From IMG/VR virus record IMGVR_UViG_3300031463_000546, positions 1 to 58,844 of that record: a DNA stretch of 58,844 nt. One strand, written 5' to 3'. The notes beneath the pieces are model-generated. The model was given only the letters and a program-made list of their open reading frames with translations. It searched no databases and was not told the origin of the DNA. Positions 1 to 8,385 of the stretch are shown piece by piece. How positions within the stretch are numbered: position 1 is the stretch's first letter; each line of letters starts with the position of its first letter. The stretch is from a virus (lineage: Duplodnaviria > Caudoviricetes). The position numbers were made by a program, and so were the translations under genes.

Positions 1-1941
1 TCAAATATGGATTGCACGATGTGTTACGTTAGTCATCTCGATAGCGGCGCCGGTCACATGGGATGGGTCTGCCTGTGAAAGATCCGACCGGCGCCCTCGG
101 CCCGCGGGGTTGCGCCGGGGGTCTTCGTTGCCGGCTCCGGGGATCAGCCAAAACTCGGCGGTCCCAGTGCGCGTATCCGGATCGAAGTGAATCTTGCGTA
201 GAAATGCACGGACGATCAGGCGCTGCTCCTCGATGGTGCCGGCGAGAAGAACGTTTCGCGCCATGCGGATGCGCTGGCAGGCCAAGCTATACTGCGAGTC
301 GACGGCTTCATCCAGCATTTCGCGCTGGGCTGCTTGCCGGCGGATGGCTTCTTCCTGGCGCTGTAACTCCTCCATCTCCAGGCGCAGTGTTTCCAGATGA
401 GTATTCACAAACTCGCGGTTGACGTCGCTGATGTTGCCCAACACAGTGCTCACCGTCTGGCTGATCTCCCGCTTGCGCGCAGCAATGGATTCCAGTGTCA
501 CCCCGCCTTGTGCCTGCTCCCGCGTGGCGGTGGCTGCCAGTTCCTGCCGGATCATCCCCCGCAGTTCCTCTTCACCCCCGTCATGCAGATAGCGCTGAAT
601 GATGTCATCGATCTGATCGAGTACCCAGTTCTCCAACGTTTCCTGCGAGATGACCGAGCGGTGGCAGACGGCATTACCTTTCGAGACGTAACCGTTACAC
701 GCGTAATAATACGTCTTCACTTTCGTGCCGTCTTTTCGTGGCTTCCCCTTATTGACGGCGTACCCTTGCCAGTAGTGTTGACAGCGGTCGCACTGGATGA
801 GGCCGGTCAGGAGATATCGAGATTTGGCCCCTTGCCCGACGCGGTATGATTGTCCGCTGTGGGTTTTCCGCCGATCTTCCCGCTTGGTGCGGGCCAGTTC
901 GAACTGCTCCCGTGTAATCAACGCCGGATGCGCGGAAGGGATCACGATCCAGTCGTCCTCCCGATTTTGTTCGGCGCCTCCACTGGGGATGCCATGTCGT
1001 CGTACCGCTTTGCCATCAGCAATCTTATGGAATTTGGCAAAGGATAAACGATTCCATACGAGGTCGCCGATGTAGGCCGGGTTGAGTAAAATATCACGGA
1101 TGGTGGTCATCGACCAATCGGCACCATGATAGCGCGACCAGGCTCCACCGCGCGGTGAGCAGATGCCCATGGCATTTAACCGGTCGGCGATCCCTTTGAA
1201 TCCGAGGCCATCACGGGTGTACCAGGTAAAAATGTTGCGGATGGTTTCGACACGCTCGGGATCGCTCGGAGTCAATTTGCACCGGTCGGCCTTGCTGACA
1301 TTGAGCGACTCCCCGCGTTCGACTGCACTGGTCACTTCACCCTGTGCGTTCAGCAACTCTTTACTGCCATCCGGTTGGTAGCGGACGATGGCGCGAATGG
1401 CTCCCGCGCTCGTGTAATAGGCCAGGTCATAGCCATACGGCGGGGTGCCGCCATTCCACCAGCCTTCGTTTATACGGGAAAGTTGGCCGCGGATGGTGAC
1501 CAGCGACAGATCTTTCGATTCCTGCCGCGCCTGCCACTGCTTTACCGGACGCAGCAGGTCATCGGTATCGTCGCCGTTGAACCCCTCGGAGATGTAGACG
1601 ATCTCAATCCCGCGTTTACGTAGGGTGAAGCGGTAATAGCCGGCTTCATCGTTATCCAAACGTCCGAAGCGTTTGACATCGTAGACCAGTACGTATTTGA
1701 ACGGGCATTCCCGTTCCTTTGCATCTTCAATCAGTTCCTGAAAGGCCTTCCGCCCCTCGGTCGACGTGCCGCTGATGGCATCATCGATATAGTAATGCAG
1801 CACTTCATACCCATGTTCTTGTGCATACCGGTCGATGGCTTTCCGCTGGTCGCCGATGGATTGTTCTTGTCGATCCGTCGAGCGGCGCAGATACCCAACT
1901 GCCGGCAGCAAGCCACGGGCTGTCATCGTTGCTACAGTCAT
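1..1941 (-). CDS. Large serine recombinase (integrase)
   Basis: N-terminal YLRRSTDRQEQS catalytic motif, DVKRFGR, recombinase domain (GGTPPYGY; ILLNPAYIG), Zn ribbon LLTGLIQCDRC...YYAC, coiled coil. Confidence 0.95.
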   Translation of the reverse strand: MTVATMTARGLLPAVGYLRRSTDRQEQSIGDQRKAIDRYAQEHGYEVLHYYIDDAISGTSTEGRKAFQELIEDAKERECPFKYVLVYDVKRFGRLDNDEAGYYRFTLRKRGIEIVYISEGFNGDDTDDLLRPVKQWQARQESKDLSLVTIRGQLSRINEGWWNGGTPPYGYDLAYYTSAGAIRAIVRYQPDGSKELLNAQGEVTSAVERGESLNVSKADRCKLTPSDPERVETIRNIFTWYTRDGLGFKGIADRLNAMGICSPRGGAWSRYHGADWSMTTIRDILLNPAYIGDLVWNRLSFAKFHKIADGKAVRRHGIPSGGAEQNREDDWIVIPSAHPALITREQFELARTKREDRRKTHSGQSYRVGQGAKSRYLLTGLIQCDRCQHYWQGYAVNKGKPRKDGTKVKTYYYACNGYVSKGNAVCHRSVISQETLENWVLDQIDDIIQRYLHDGGEEELRGMIRQELAATATREQAQGGVTLESIAARKREISQTVSTVLGNISDVNREFVNTHLETLRLEMEELQRQEEAIRRQAAQREMLDEAVDSQYSLACQRIRMARNVLLAGTIEEQRLIVRAFLRKIHFDPDTRTGTAEFWLIPGAGNEDPRRNPAGRGRRSDLSQADPSHVTGAAIEMTNVTHRAIHI

Positions 1942-2192
1942 TCGTCATTCCCTTCTACGTATGATGGTCCTGCATTCATCGCTCCGGAGGGCGAACAAGT
2001 CAAGTCGCGTGGTGGAAGCGGGTTATCTGGTTGACCCATACGAACTGCGATACTTGCAAGCAGTCGCAAAGCCCCCCTCATCGAATCCCGCTGTGACGGC
2101 ATGGCCGGCGTCATTGTCGCATGCATTGAGAATCGCTCCGCGACTTCCAGGCTCGACTGCGAAGATTTTTGTCGTTTACTACCGATAGGCAT
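1938..2192 (-). CDS. Small hypothetical protein coupled to the integrase
   Basis: GGGGGA RBS before ATG 2192; stop overlaps integrase start (ATGA); no recognisable domain. Confidence 0.4.
   Translation of the reverse strand: MPIGSKRQKSSQSSLEVAERFSMHATMTPAMPSQRDSMRGALRLLASIAVRMGQPDNPLPPRDLTCSPSGAMNAGPSYVEGNDE
1972..2004 (-). promoter_or_regulatory. Putative promoter motif CTTGACT-N13-GAGCGATGAATG upstream of integrase
   Basis: TTGACT -35-like box; similar motifs precede the tyrosine recombinase and amidoligase genes. Confidence 0.5.
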
Positions 2193-2220
2193 ATCAATTC
2201 CCCCATGTCATCTCTCAAGC

Positions 2221-2511
2221 TCAATCCAAAATCGTCAGCATTACACGTTCAAGGCTCGGGATACGCAGCGTGGCACCCACCGGCAAGTCGAGCGGAAAGC
2301 AAATGTCATTCCAATCACAGATGATCCACCAGAGCGTGGCATCACCCAGATACTGATAGGCCAGCAAATCGATCCGATCTCCGTCCATCACGATATGGAA
2401 GCGGTCGTCCGACTGCGGTGTGGTGTCAGCTTGGGGGCGATTACCCAGGAATTTCGTCTCGCCATCCTGGTAGATCACGCAGTCTCGATAGCGCGAGCGG
2501 TCATTGATCAT
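2221..2511 (-). CDS. LysM-like / tail protein X baseplate protein
   Basis: HIVMDGDRIDLLAYQYLGDATLWWIICDWN...G.TLRIP pattern; position after tube initiator. Confidence 0.85.
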   Translation of the reverse strand: MINDRSRYRDCVIYQDGETKFLGNRPQADTTPQSDDRFHIVMDGDRIDLLAYQYLGDATLWWIICDWNDICFPLDLPVGATLRIPSLERVMLTILD

Positions 2512-2975
2512 CGTCTCACCTCACTGGCATTTACGGATTGTGTCACTATCTCTTCCAGCGTCACCTCGACATCGGCGCGTTGCGGCAGCAGCGTCGTCGG
2601 ATCGAAAAGATAGCTGTAATGCGCACGCACCTCGCGCACGAGACACGGCGTGCCGGGATACAGCTCTCCGAAAAAGAACAGCACCTGGTGCGGCGCTTGT
2701 TTCAGCATCGTGCCGGCGTGCGTCGGATAGAGCAGCGCCTGCAGCCAGGCGACCTGTTTCTTCACGTCTTTCTGGTAGAAGATCGCGGTGAAGCTGATTT
2801 TCCGGGCATCACCGGCGATAAACTGATAGCGTGGGTGACTCATCCCCGGCACCACCAGCGTGGCATAACTGGTCGATTTGCTGTCCACGATATCATTCGG
2901 ATTGTATTGAAATGCCAGTCGTTCACGGGTGATGGCATCGACCAGATATGCTGTTAAGGGTTTCGTCTGTGCCAT
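2508..2975 (-). CDS. Tail tube initiator / CIS-tube-like protein
   Basis: FQYNP...PG..HP.YQF..G..R..SF; LLPQRADVEVTLEE; directly downstream of TMP. Confidence 0.75.
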   Translation of the reverse strand: MAQTKPLTAYLVDAITRERLAFQYNPNDIVDSKSTSYATLVVPGMSHPRYQFIAGDARKISFTAIFYQKDVKKQVAWLQALLYPTHAGTMLKQAPHQVLFFFGELYPGTPCLVREVRAHYSYLFDPTTLLPQRADVEVTLEEIVTQSVNASEVRR

Positions 2976-2983
2976 CCGTTACC

Positions 2984-5900
2984 TCACCGATTGTCGTAAT
3001 TACGGATTCGACGTTCCTGCATATCGCGATAGACCGCACGTGCAATCTCCCGGCCATCTAATGTAACTACCATGTCCCCCGGCGTTTGCCCACCAAGCGC
3101 ATCCAGCTTGCTGGCAATCAACTCCAACAAATCACGCATCGGCTCACTGGCAGATTGCGTGGATGCCGACTGCTGTAGCGGACGTATGGGCACCGGTGTG
3201 ATCGGACGCACGACTGGCGTGCCTGCCGTGACCGGTGCCAAAGTCGGCGGTATCACCGACGGCAGGTTGTTGCCAAACGCAAACGCCTGCTGCATGGCCA
3301 ACGCCGGCAGATGCGAGGCTTTGGCGATCCCCCGGCTCATGGTGTCGAGCACCGAGAAACCGGACTGTGAGAGCGTGGACAGTGGACCCAACTCCGCATC
3401 GGAGTGCGGCAGTAGTTTGCCCAGTTTCCCGAGTCCGGCTTTCAATGCCTCGAACGGCGCACTCACCGCTGAACGTATGCCGTCCGCCAGCGTGCTCATC
3501 AACTTCTTCCCGGCATCCAGCGCATTCGGCAGCAGATTAGCCAAGCCTGATGTAATATGCTGGAATGCCCCCGACCCGGCGTTCTTCACGCCGTCCCACG
3601 CGGATACCGCCCAGCCTTTGATCGATGCCCAGGTCGATGATGCCACGCCACGGATGGATGCCCAGACTCCCACGATCGTGGCACCCACCGTTTGCATGGC
3701 GTGCCCCAGCCAGGGATATTGCGCACTGATCTGACTCACCGCCATCGACGATGCCGCTTTGCAGCGATCCCATAACGAGCCGTGCCCGTTGGCGATGGTG
3801 TTCCAGGCGTTCGAGGCGATGGATTTCGCCAACTCCAGATTCGTCGCATGGAAGTTCACATACGACGAGACGCCGGATTTGATACCGTCCCAGGCCTGGC
3901 TGGCGCCGGATTTGATGCCGTTCCACGCCGTGCTGCACCAGTTCCCGATAGTCGATGCACCCGCCTTCACGCCATCCCAGATGGCGCTGCCCGCGCTTTT
4001 GATCCATCCCCACACCGCTCCCAGGAAGCCCTTGATCCTATCCCAGTTCTTATACACCGCCAACGCGATCCAGCCGAGTGGTCCCGCGACGACCGCGAGG
4101 ATGGTCGGTCCCCAGGTTTTCAGGAACGACACGACTCCCGTGAACACCGACACCGCCGTATGCTTCAGCCCATGCCAACAGCCCAGCAGGAAGGCTTTTA
4201 TGTGATCCCAATTCTTCCAGACCAGGATGCCGATGCCGATCAACGCGGCAATCGCCAGGCAGATGAGGCCGATGGGGCCGGTGGCGATAGTCATCGCCAT
4301 CCCGAAGGCCGTCGTCGCCGCCGTTGCGATCCACGTCGCCGCCGCCCCCGCCAGCATGATCCCACGCTGAATAAGCAAGGCGGCGTTGGCTGCCACAGTA
4401 CGCGCCTGGAGCGCCACCCACTGCGCCCCTTGCGCCACCAGTACGCCGACAGCACGCCAGGCGGCTACGGCGTATTGTGCGGTACTCACGGTCGCCATCC
4501 GTATGGCCTGCCAGGCGCTGGTGATCCCGCCGATGAAATTCGACCAGGACGTACTGACGATGGTCTGGAGCTGGGTGATGGTCCGCACCAGGCTGATCGA
4601 GCCGGCCATTTGCAAGCCCATGACGAAATTGCTGATAATCCGCGCGCCGGCGATGGTCGCCTGAATCCCGGTCTGGATCAGCGCCGGTCCGAAGATCGTC
4701 CCCAGCACTATCGCTGCCCACTTCACGACGGTGGCGATGGTGCCCCAATGCCTGACAAACACATTGCTGACGACCGTCATGCCTTCCCGCAGCCACCCGA
4801 ACGCCATCACCAATCCACGCACAACTTGCACGATGCCAGTGATGACCCAGACCACCCCGGATAACACCATAACGATGACCTGACCGATGAAGCCTAGCAC
4901 CCCGCCGACCACCTGTCCGAATGTCCGCCAGCTCCCCGTGGTGCCTGCGACTTCCACCTTGACCGATTGCACGATGCCAAAGACACGCCCTAACGCGGTG
5001 AAGAGGCCAACGAATGCGTGCACCAGCGCGGAGACGGACGGTTCGATGATCGCGCGAATCTTCCCAAAGAAACTGCTGAATCCTTGCCAGAGCCCGACGA
5101 GAAACGCACGCACGCGCGCATAGACTTGAAAGACGGTCACCACGAAGTTGAAGAGTCCGGATCGCTGCAGTTGTGCGGCGATGCTCGCGCTCATCGTGCC
5201 GGTTTCTCCGTTGAAGCTTGAGATGAGCTGCGACAATCCCAGGAAGACCGCTTTGATATTCGTCCAGGCGGTCATCACCACATCGCGAATGCCAGCGAAG
5301 TTCGTTATCCATGCCTGGCGAAGCAGCCAGACGGCGACGATGACTCCGGCGATGATGAGCATGGCAGGCAGCAATGATGTACTGACCGCTCCCATGGCGC
5401 CGGCGAGAATCGGGCCAATCGTCGCCAGTCCGGTCTGGATGGCGGGGATCAACAGGCCGAGTGAGCCGATGGCCGCAATAGACCCGCCGACCACCAGCAA
5501 TAACGCGCCCAGTCCCAGCGTGGCAGCCAGGATGCCGCGTACCAATCCGGGATGCGCCCGCGCCCAATCCTGCAGCCGCAACACCACGAACTGCACCCCT
5601 TGCAACAGCGGGGCAAAGACGGGAAGCATGGTGTTGCCGGCGATTTCCGCCAGATTCTTCATCTGCTGGGTTGCCAGCTTCAACCCGGAGCCGATATCGC
5701 TGGTCATCGCCCGTGCCATCTCTTCGGTCACGGCGGTGCCGCCCTGCATCGCCTGGCGTACCCCATCGATGTTGACTTTCAGGGTGTCCATCCCCTGCAT
5801 CATCTGGGTCAGGAAACGGATCGACTCTTCCGAGCCGAACGCTTTCTGCAACTGCATCTGCGTGGTGACGCTGGCCAGATCCGGGAATTTGCGCTTGATC

Positions 5901-6718
5901 GCTTCCAGGATGGGGATGATACCGAGCATATGTCCCTGGGCATCGGTGAAGGTCAGCCCCAGTTCCTGCCCGGCCTTGCCGACCTTTTGCACGAAGTACT
6001 TATACAGCGTGCCTGCTTCCGCCCCTGGCATGGTCGTCTGCATCTGGCCGAGGATCGCGAGTTGCTCTTCCAACGGGACGTTCGCGGATGCGGCGATGGC
6101 GCCGATATTGCGGATGGCTTCCGCCATCTGTGCCCCGTTCGTTTTGAAGGCCGCCACGGTCTGCGCCATGCCGCCGGAGAACATCCTCGCCCAGTCCATG
6201 TCCGTCATGTCTTTGGCCAGCGGCTTGTAGATGCCATAGCCGGTGGTGAAGGCGCTGACCATTTCCGCGACACTGGCCTTCGTCGCCGATGCAGTCAACG
6301 CGGCCGCCGCGGTGAAGTCGCCGACCGCGGCATCGGAGAGATTGGCCAGTGCGCCTTTGACTTCATAACAAGTGCCGATGAATTCGCCTTTCGTCGCCCC
6401 CGACCACTGGTTGGTGAAGCGCTCGGCGGCAGCGGCGATGGCATCCAGGTCTTTCACGCCCTCGGATTTCAACCCGGCCAACCCGCTTTGCGTCGCCATG
6501 GTCGCGGCGACCAGTCCGGATGGAATGGCTATCATCGCCACGCCGGCCCCCATGAGCGTCGCGCCTTGCTGGATCAACTCCATGTTGTGCGAGATGCGTT
6601 GACTCGATGCGGCGATGGTGGCATCCAGCGATTGCATGGACGACTGCACACGGCCCGCATTTTGCGAGAACGCATCCTTCATGGAGACGAGGATACCGAG
6701 GCCGAGATCCTCCATCAT
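2984..6718 (-). CDS. Tail tape measure protein
   Basis: ~1240 aa, Ala/Gly-rich, TP901-type core (GAEAGT), Trp-periodic repeats, hydrophobic segments, VTLDGREIA end; start placed at ATG 6718 overlapping upstream TGA. Confidence 0.93.
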   Translation of the reverse strand: MMEDLGLGILVSMKDAFSQNAGRVQSSMQSLDATIAASSQRISHNMELIQQGATLMGAGVAMIAIPSGLVAATMATQSGLAGLKSEGVKDLDAIAAAAERFTNQWSGATKGEFIGTCYEVKGALANLSDAAVGDFTAAAALTASATKASVAEMVSAFTTGYGIYKPLAKDMTDMDWARMFSGGMAQTVAAFKTNGAQMAEAIRNIGAIAASANVPLEEQLAILGQMQTTMPGAEAGTLYKYFVQKVGKAGQELGLTFTDAQGHMLGIIPILEAIKRKFPDLASVTTQMQLQKAFGSEESIRFLTQMMQGMDTLKVNIDGVRQAMQGGTAVTEEMARAMTSDIGSGLKLATQQMKNLAEIAGNTMLPVFAPLLQGVQFVVLRLQDWARAHPGLVRGILAATLGLGALLLVVGGSIAAIGSLGLLIPAIQTGLATIGPILAGAMGAVSTSLLPAMLIIAGVIVAVWLLRQAWITNFAGIRDVVMTAWTNIKAVFLGLSQLISSFNGETGTMSASIAAQLQRSGLFNFVVTVFQVYARVRAFLVGLWQGFSSFFGKIRAIIEPSVSALVHAFVGLFTALGRVFGIVQSVKVEVAGTTGSWRTFGQVVGGVLGFIGQVIVMVLSGVVWVITGIVQVVRGLVMAFGWLREGMTVVSNVFVRHWGTIATVVKWAAIVLGTIFGPALIQTGIQATIAGARIISNFVMGLQMAGSISLVRTITQLQTIVSTSWSNFIGGITSAWQAIRMATVSTAQYAVAAWRAVGVLVAQGAQWVALQARTVAANAALLIQRGIMLAGAAATWIATAATTAFGMAMTIATGPIGLICLAIAALIGIGILVWKNWDHIKAFLLGCWHGLKHTAVSVFTGVVSFLKTWGPTILAVVAGPLGWIALAVYKNWDRIKGFLGAVWGWIKSAGSAIWDGVKAGASTIGNWCSTAWNGIKSGASQAWDGIKSGVSSYVNFHATNLELAKSIASNAWNTIANGHGSLWDRCKAASSMAVSQISAQYPWLGHAMQTVGATIVGVWASIRGVASSTWASIKGWAVSAWDGVKNAGSGAFQHITSGLANLLPNALDAGKKLMSTLADGIRSAVSAPFEALKAGLGKLGKLLPHSDAELGPLSTLSQSGFSVLDTMSRGIAKASHLPALAMQQAFAFGNNLPSVIPPTLAPVTAGTPVVRPITPVPIRPLQQSASTQSASEPMRDLLELIASKLDALGGQTPGDMVVTLDGREIARAVYRDMQERRIRNYDNR

Positions 6719-8379
6719 GCGGAGCCTCCCCGGTACTCTTCCCAGACGGCGCCGGGGGATTGGCCCAGCCACGGCTGCAGGTTCAACCCAGCCATCAGCC
6801 GGTCGCTCACGCTCACGGGGAGGGTCAGCAGGCGTGTCGCCCCGTCGTCATCGACCGCGGTGAAGCGTAAGGTGTAATCACCAGGCACGGCATAGGCGTG
6901 TGCCAGGGGATCGCCACTGGCATATCCGGTCGTCGTCGTCCCATCACCCCAGTCCAGTTGCAGGTTGGTAACCGCTCCGTCTGCATCATCTGCCAGCGCC
7001 AATACCGAGAGCTGGCAACCAGCCTCCGGTCGGGCATAGAGGGTGCAGGTGGGCGCCTCGTTCTCGACGATGATTTCCGCCTGGTGCTGGGCGCTGGCCC
7101 CTTCGGAGTCCGTCACCTCGACGGTCAGCCAGTATCGCCCATGGGTCGGGTAGGTGTAGCTCGCTTCCTGCCCGAGCACCCCGGCACGCCAGCCGGCGCC
7201 ATTGCCGGGGAGATACCGCCAACTCACAATGGCCGTGTCGTCGGACGAGGAGGACGCATTGATGTGGAGCGTGCGGTGATCGGCATCGACACGGGTGGTG
7301 AACGCACACGTCGGTGACTGATTCGGCGCAATCACCACCTGGGTGATTGCACTGTCGGTCATCGTCCCCTCACAGTCCGTCACCCGCGCAAATACGTTGA
7401 AGGTGCCGCCGGTGGCCGCATAGGTATGCGAAGACGGCAGACCAGGACCACAGTGAGAGGTGACCGGACCATCCGTGCGTCCTTCCCAGTAGATGCACAA
7501 ATCCGTGAATGATACCCCGTCGCCCTCGCTGACCAGCGGGGTGATCGTGACCGTGCGCCGGTTGATCGTGACGTCGGTCAGGGAACAGATCGGCGGAATC
7601 TTTGCGGCGATGACCACGTTGGCCGGTGTTGCCGGCTGTGCCAATCCCTCGTTATCCGTCGCCGTGGCCTGGATGGTGAAGGTGCCACCGGTGCTCGGAT
7701 AGGTGTGGGTATATCCCTGCCCGCTGACGCAGCCGCTCGTTTGCGGACTGCCATCACCCCAGGTGATGACCAGGGTGCTGATCGTGCCATCGGGATCGCT
7801 GGCCACCGGTGTAGCAGTCACCGTGCGATGATCGATACTGGTGGTCAGCGAACATGTCGGTGGACGATTCACCGCATAGGCCTGGGAGGCGACCCCGCTG
7901 GTGGTGAACCCGGTTTTCAACGCGATGACTTTGACCGTGGTATCCGCCTGCAGCGACAGTGATCCCGACAGGATCGCTGACGTGCCATTGGGCGTCGAGC
8001 CATCGGTGGTATACCGTAATGTCACCCCGGTCGTCGCACAGGATACCGTGACGGTGAGTGGTGCCGCATACGTGCTGCCGGTATATGGCGCTGATCCGGT
8101 CCCGAAGGTCGGTGTGGCACATAGTAGCGTATAGACCGCGGTGGCGACACCCGAATTGGTGTAGCTGGCTTTTTCCGCCATCGCCTTCACGGTGGTCGTA
8201 GCGGTGATATTTAACGGGCTGCTGTAGACAGGCGACCCGACCGTTGGGGTCGAGCCATCGGTGGTATAGTGAATGGTGGCGCCGGACGTCGCACAACTCA
8301 ACGACAGACTGAAGCTATTGTTATACGTGCCGGCAACGGTGCCGAAGGTCGGGTCGGCCACCACGGGCGGTGAACACAT
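6715..8379 (-). CDS. Ig-like repeat protein: 2 chitobiase/Fn3-associated domains + about 4 PKD domains
   Basis: Two YTTDGSTP motifs; WGDG...HTY...G.f...TD.eG repeats; GAGGAG RBS. Confidence 0.8.
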   Translation of the reverse strand: MCSPPVVADPTFGTVAGTYNNSFSLSLSCATSGATIHYTTDGSTPTVGSPVYSSPLNITATTTVKAMAEKASYTNSGVATAVYTLLCATPTFGTGSAPYTGSTYAAPLTVTVSCATTGVTLRYTTDGSTPNGTSAILSGSLSLQADTTVKVIALKTGFTTSGVASQAYAVNRPPTCSLTTSIDHRTVTATPVASDPDGTISTLVITWGDGSPQTSGCVSGQGYTHTYPSTGGTFTIQATATDNEGLAQPATPANVVIAAKIPPICSLTDVTINRRTVTITPLVSEGDGVSFTDLCIYWEGRTDGPVTSHCGPGLPSSHTYAATGGTFNVFARVTDCEGTMTDSAITQVVIAPNQSPTCAFTTRVDADHRTLHINASSSSDDTAIVSWRYLPGNGAGWRAGVLGQEASYTYPTHGRYWLTVEVTDSEGASAQHQAEIIVENEAPTCTLYARPEAGCQLSVLALADDADGAVTNLQLDWGDGTTTTGYASGDPLAHAYAVPGDYTLRFTAVDDDGATRLLTLPVSVSDRLMAGLNLQPWLGQSPGAVWEEYRGGSA

Positions 8380-8385
8380 GCCGTC

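Noticed and set aside
3782-6877. Long alternative-frame ORFs over the TMP (4050..5567, 3782..4864, 5148..6230, 5552..6877)
   Set aside because: Shadow ORFs expected at high GC; no motifs
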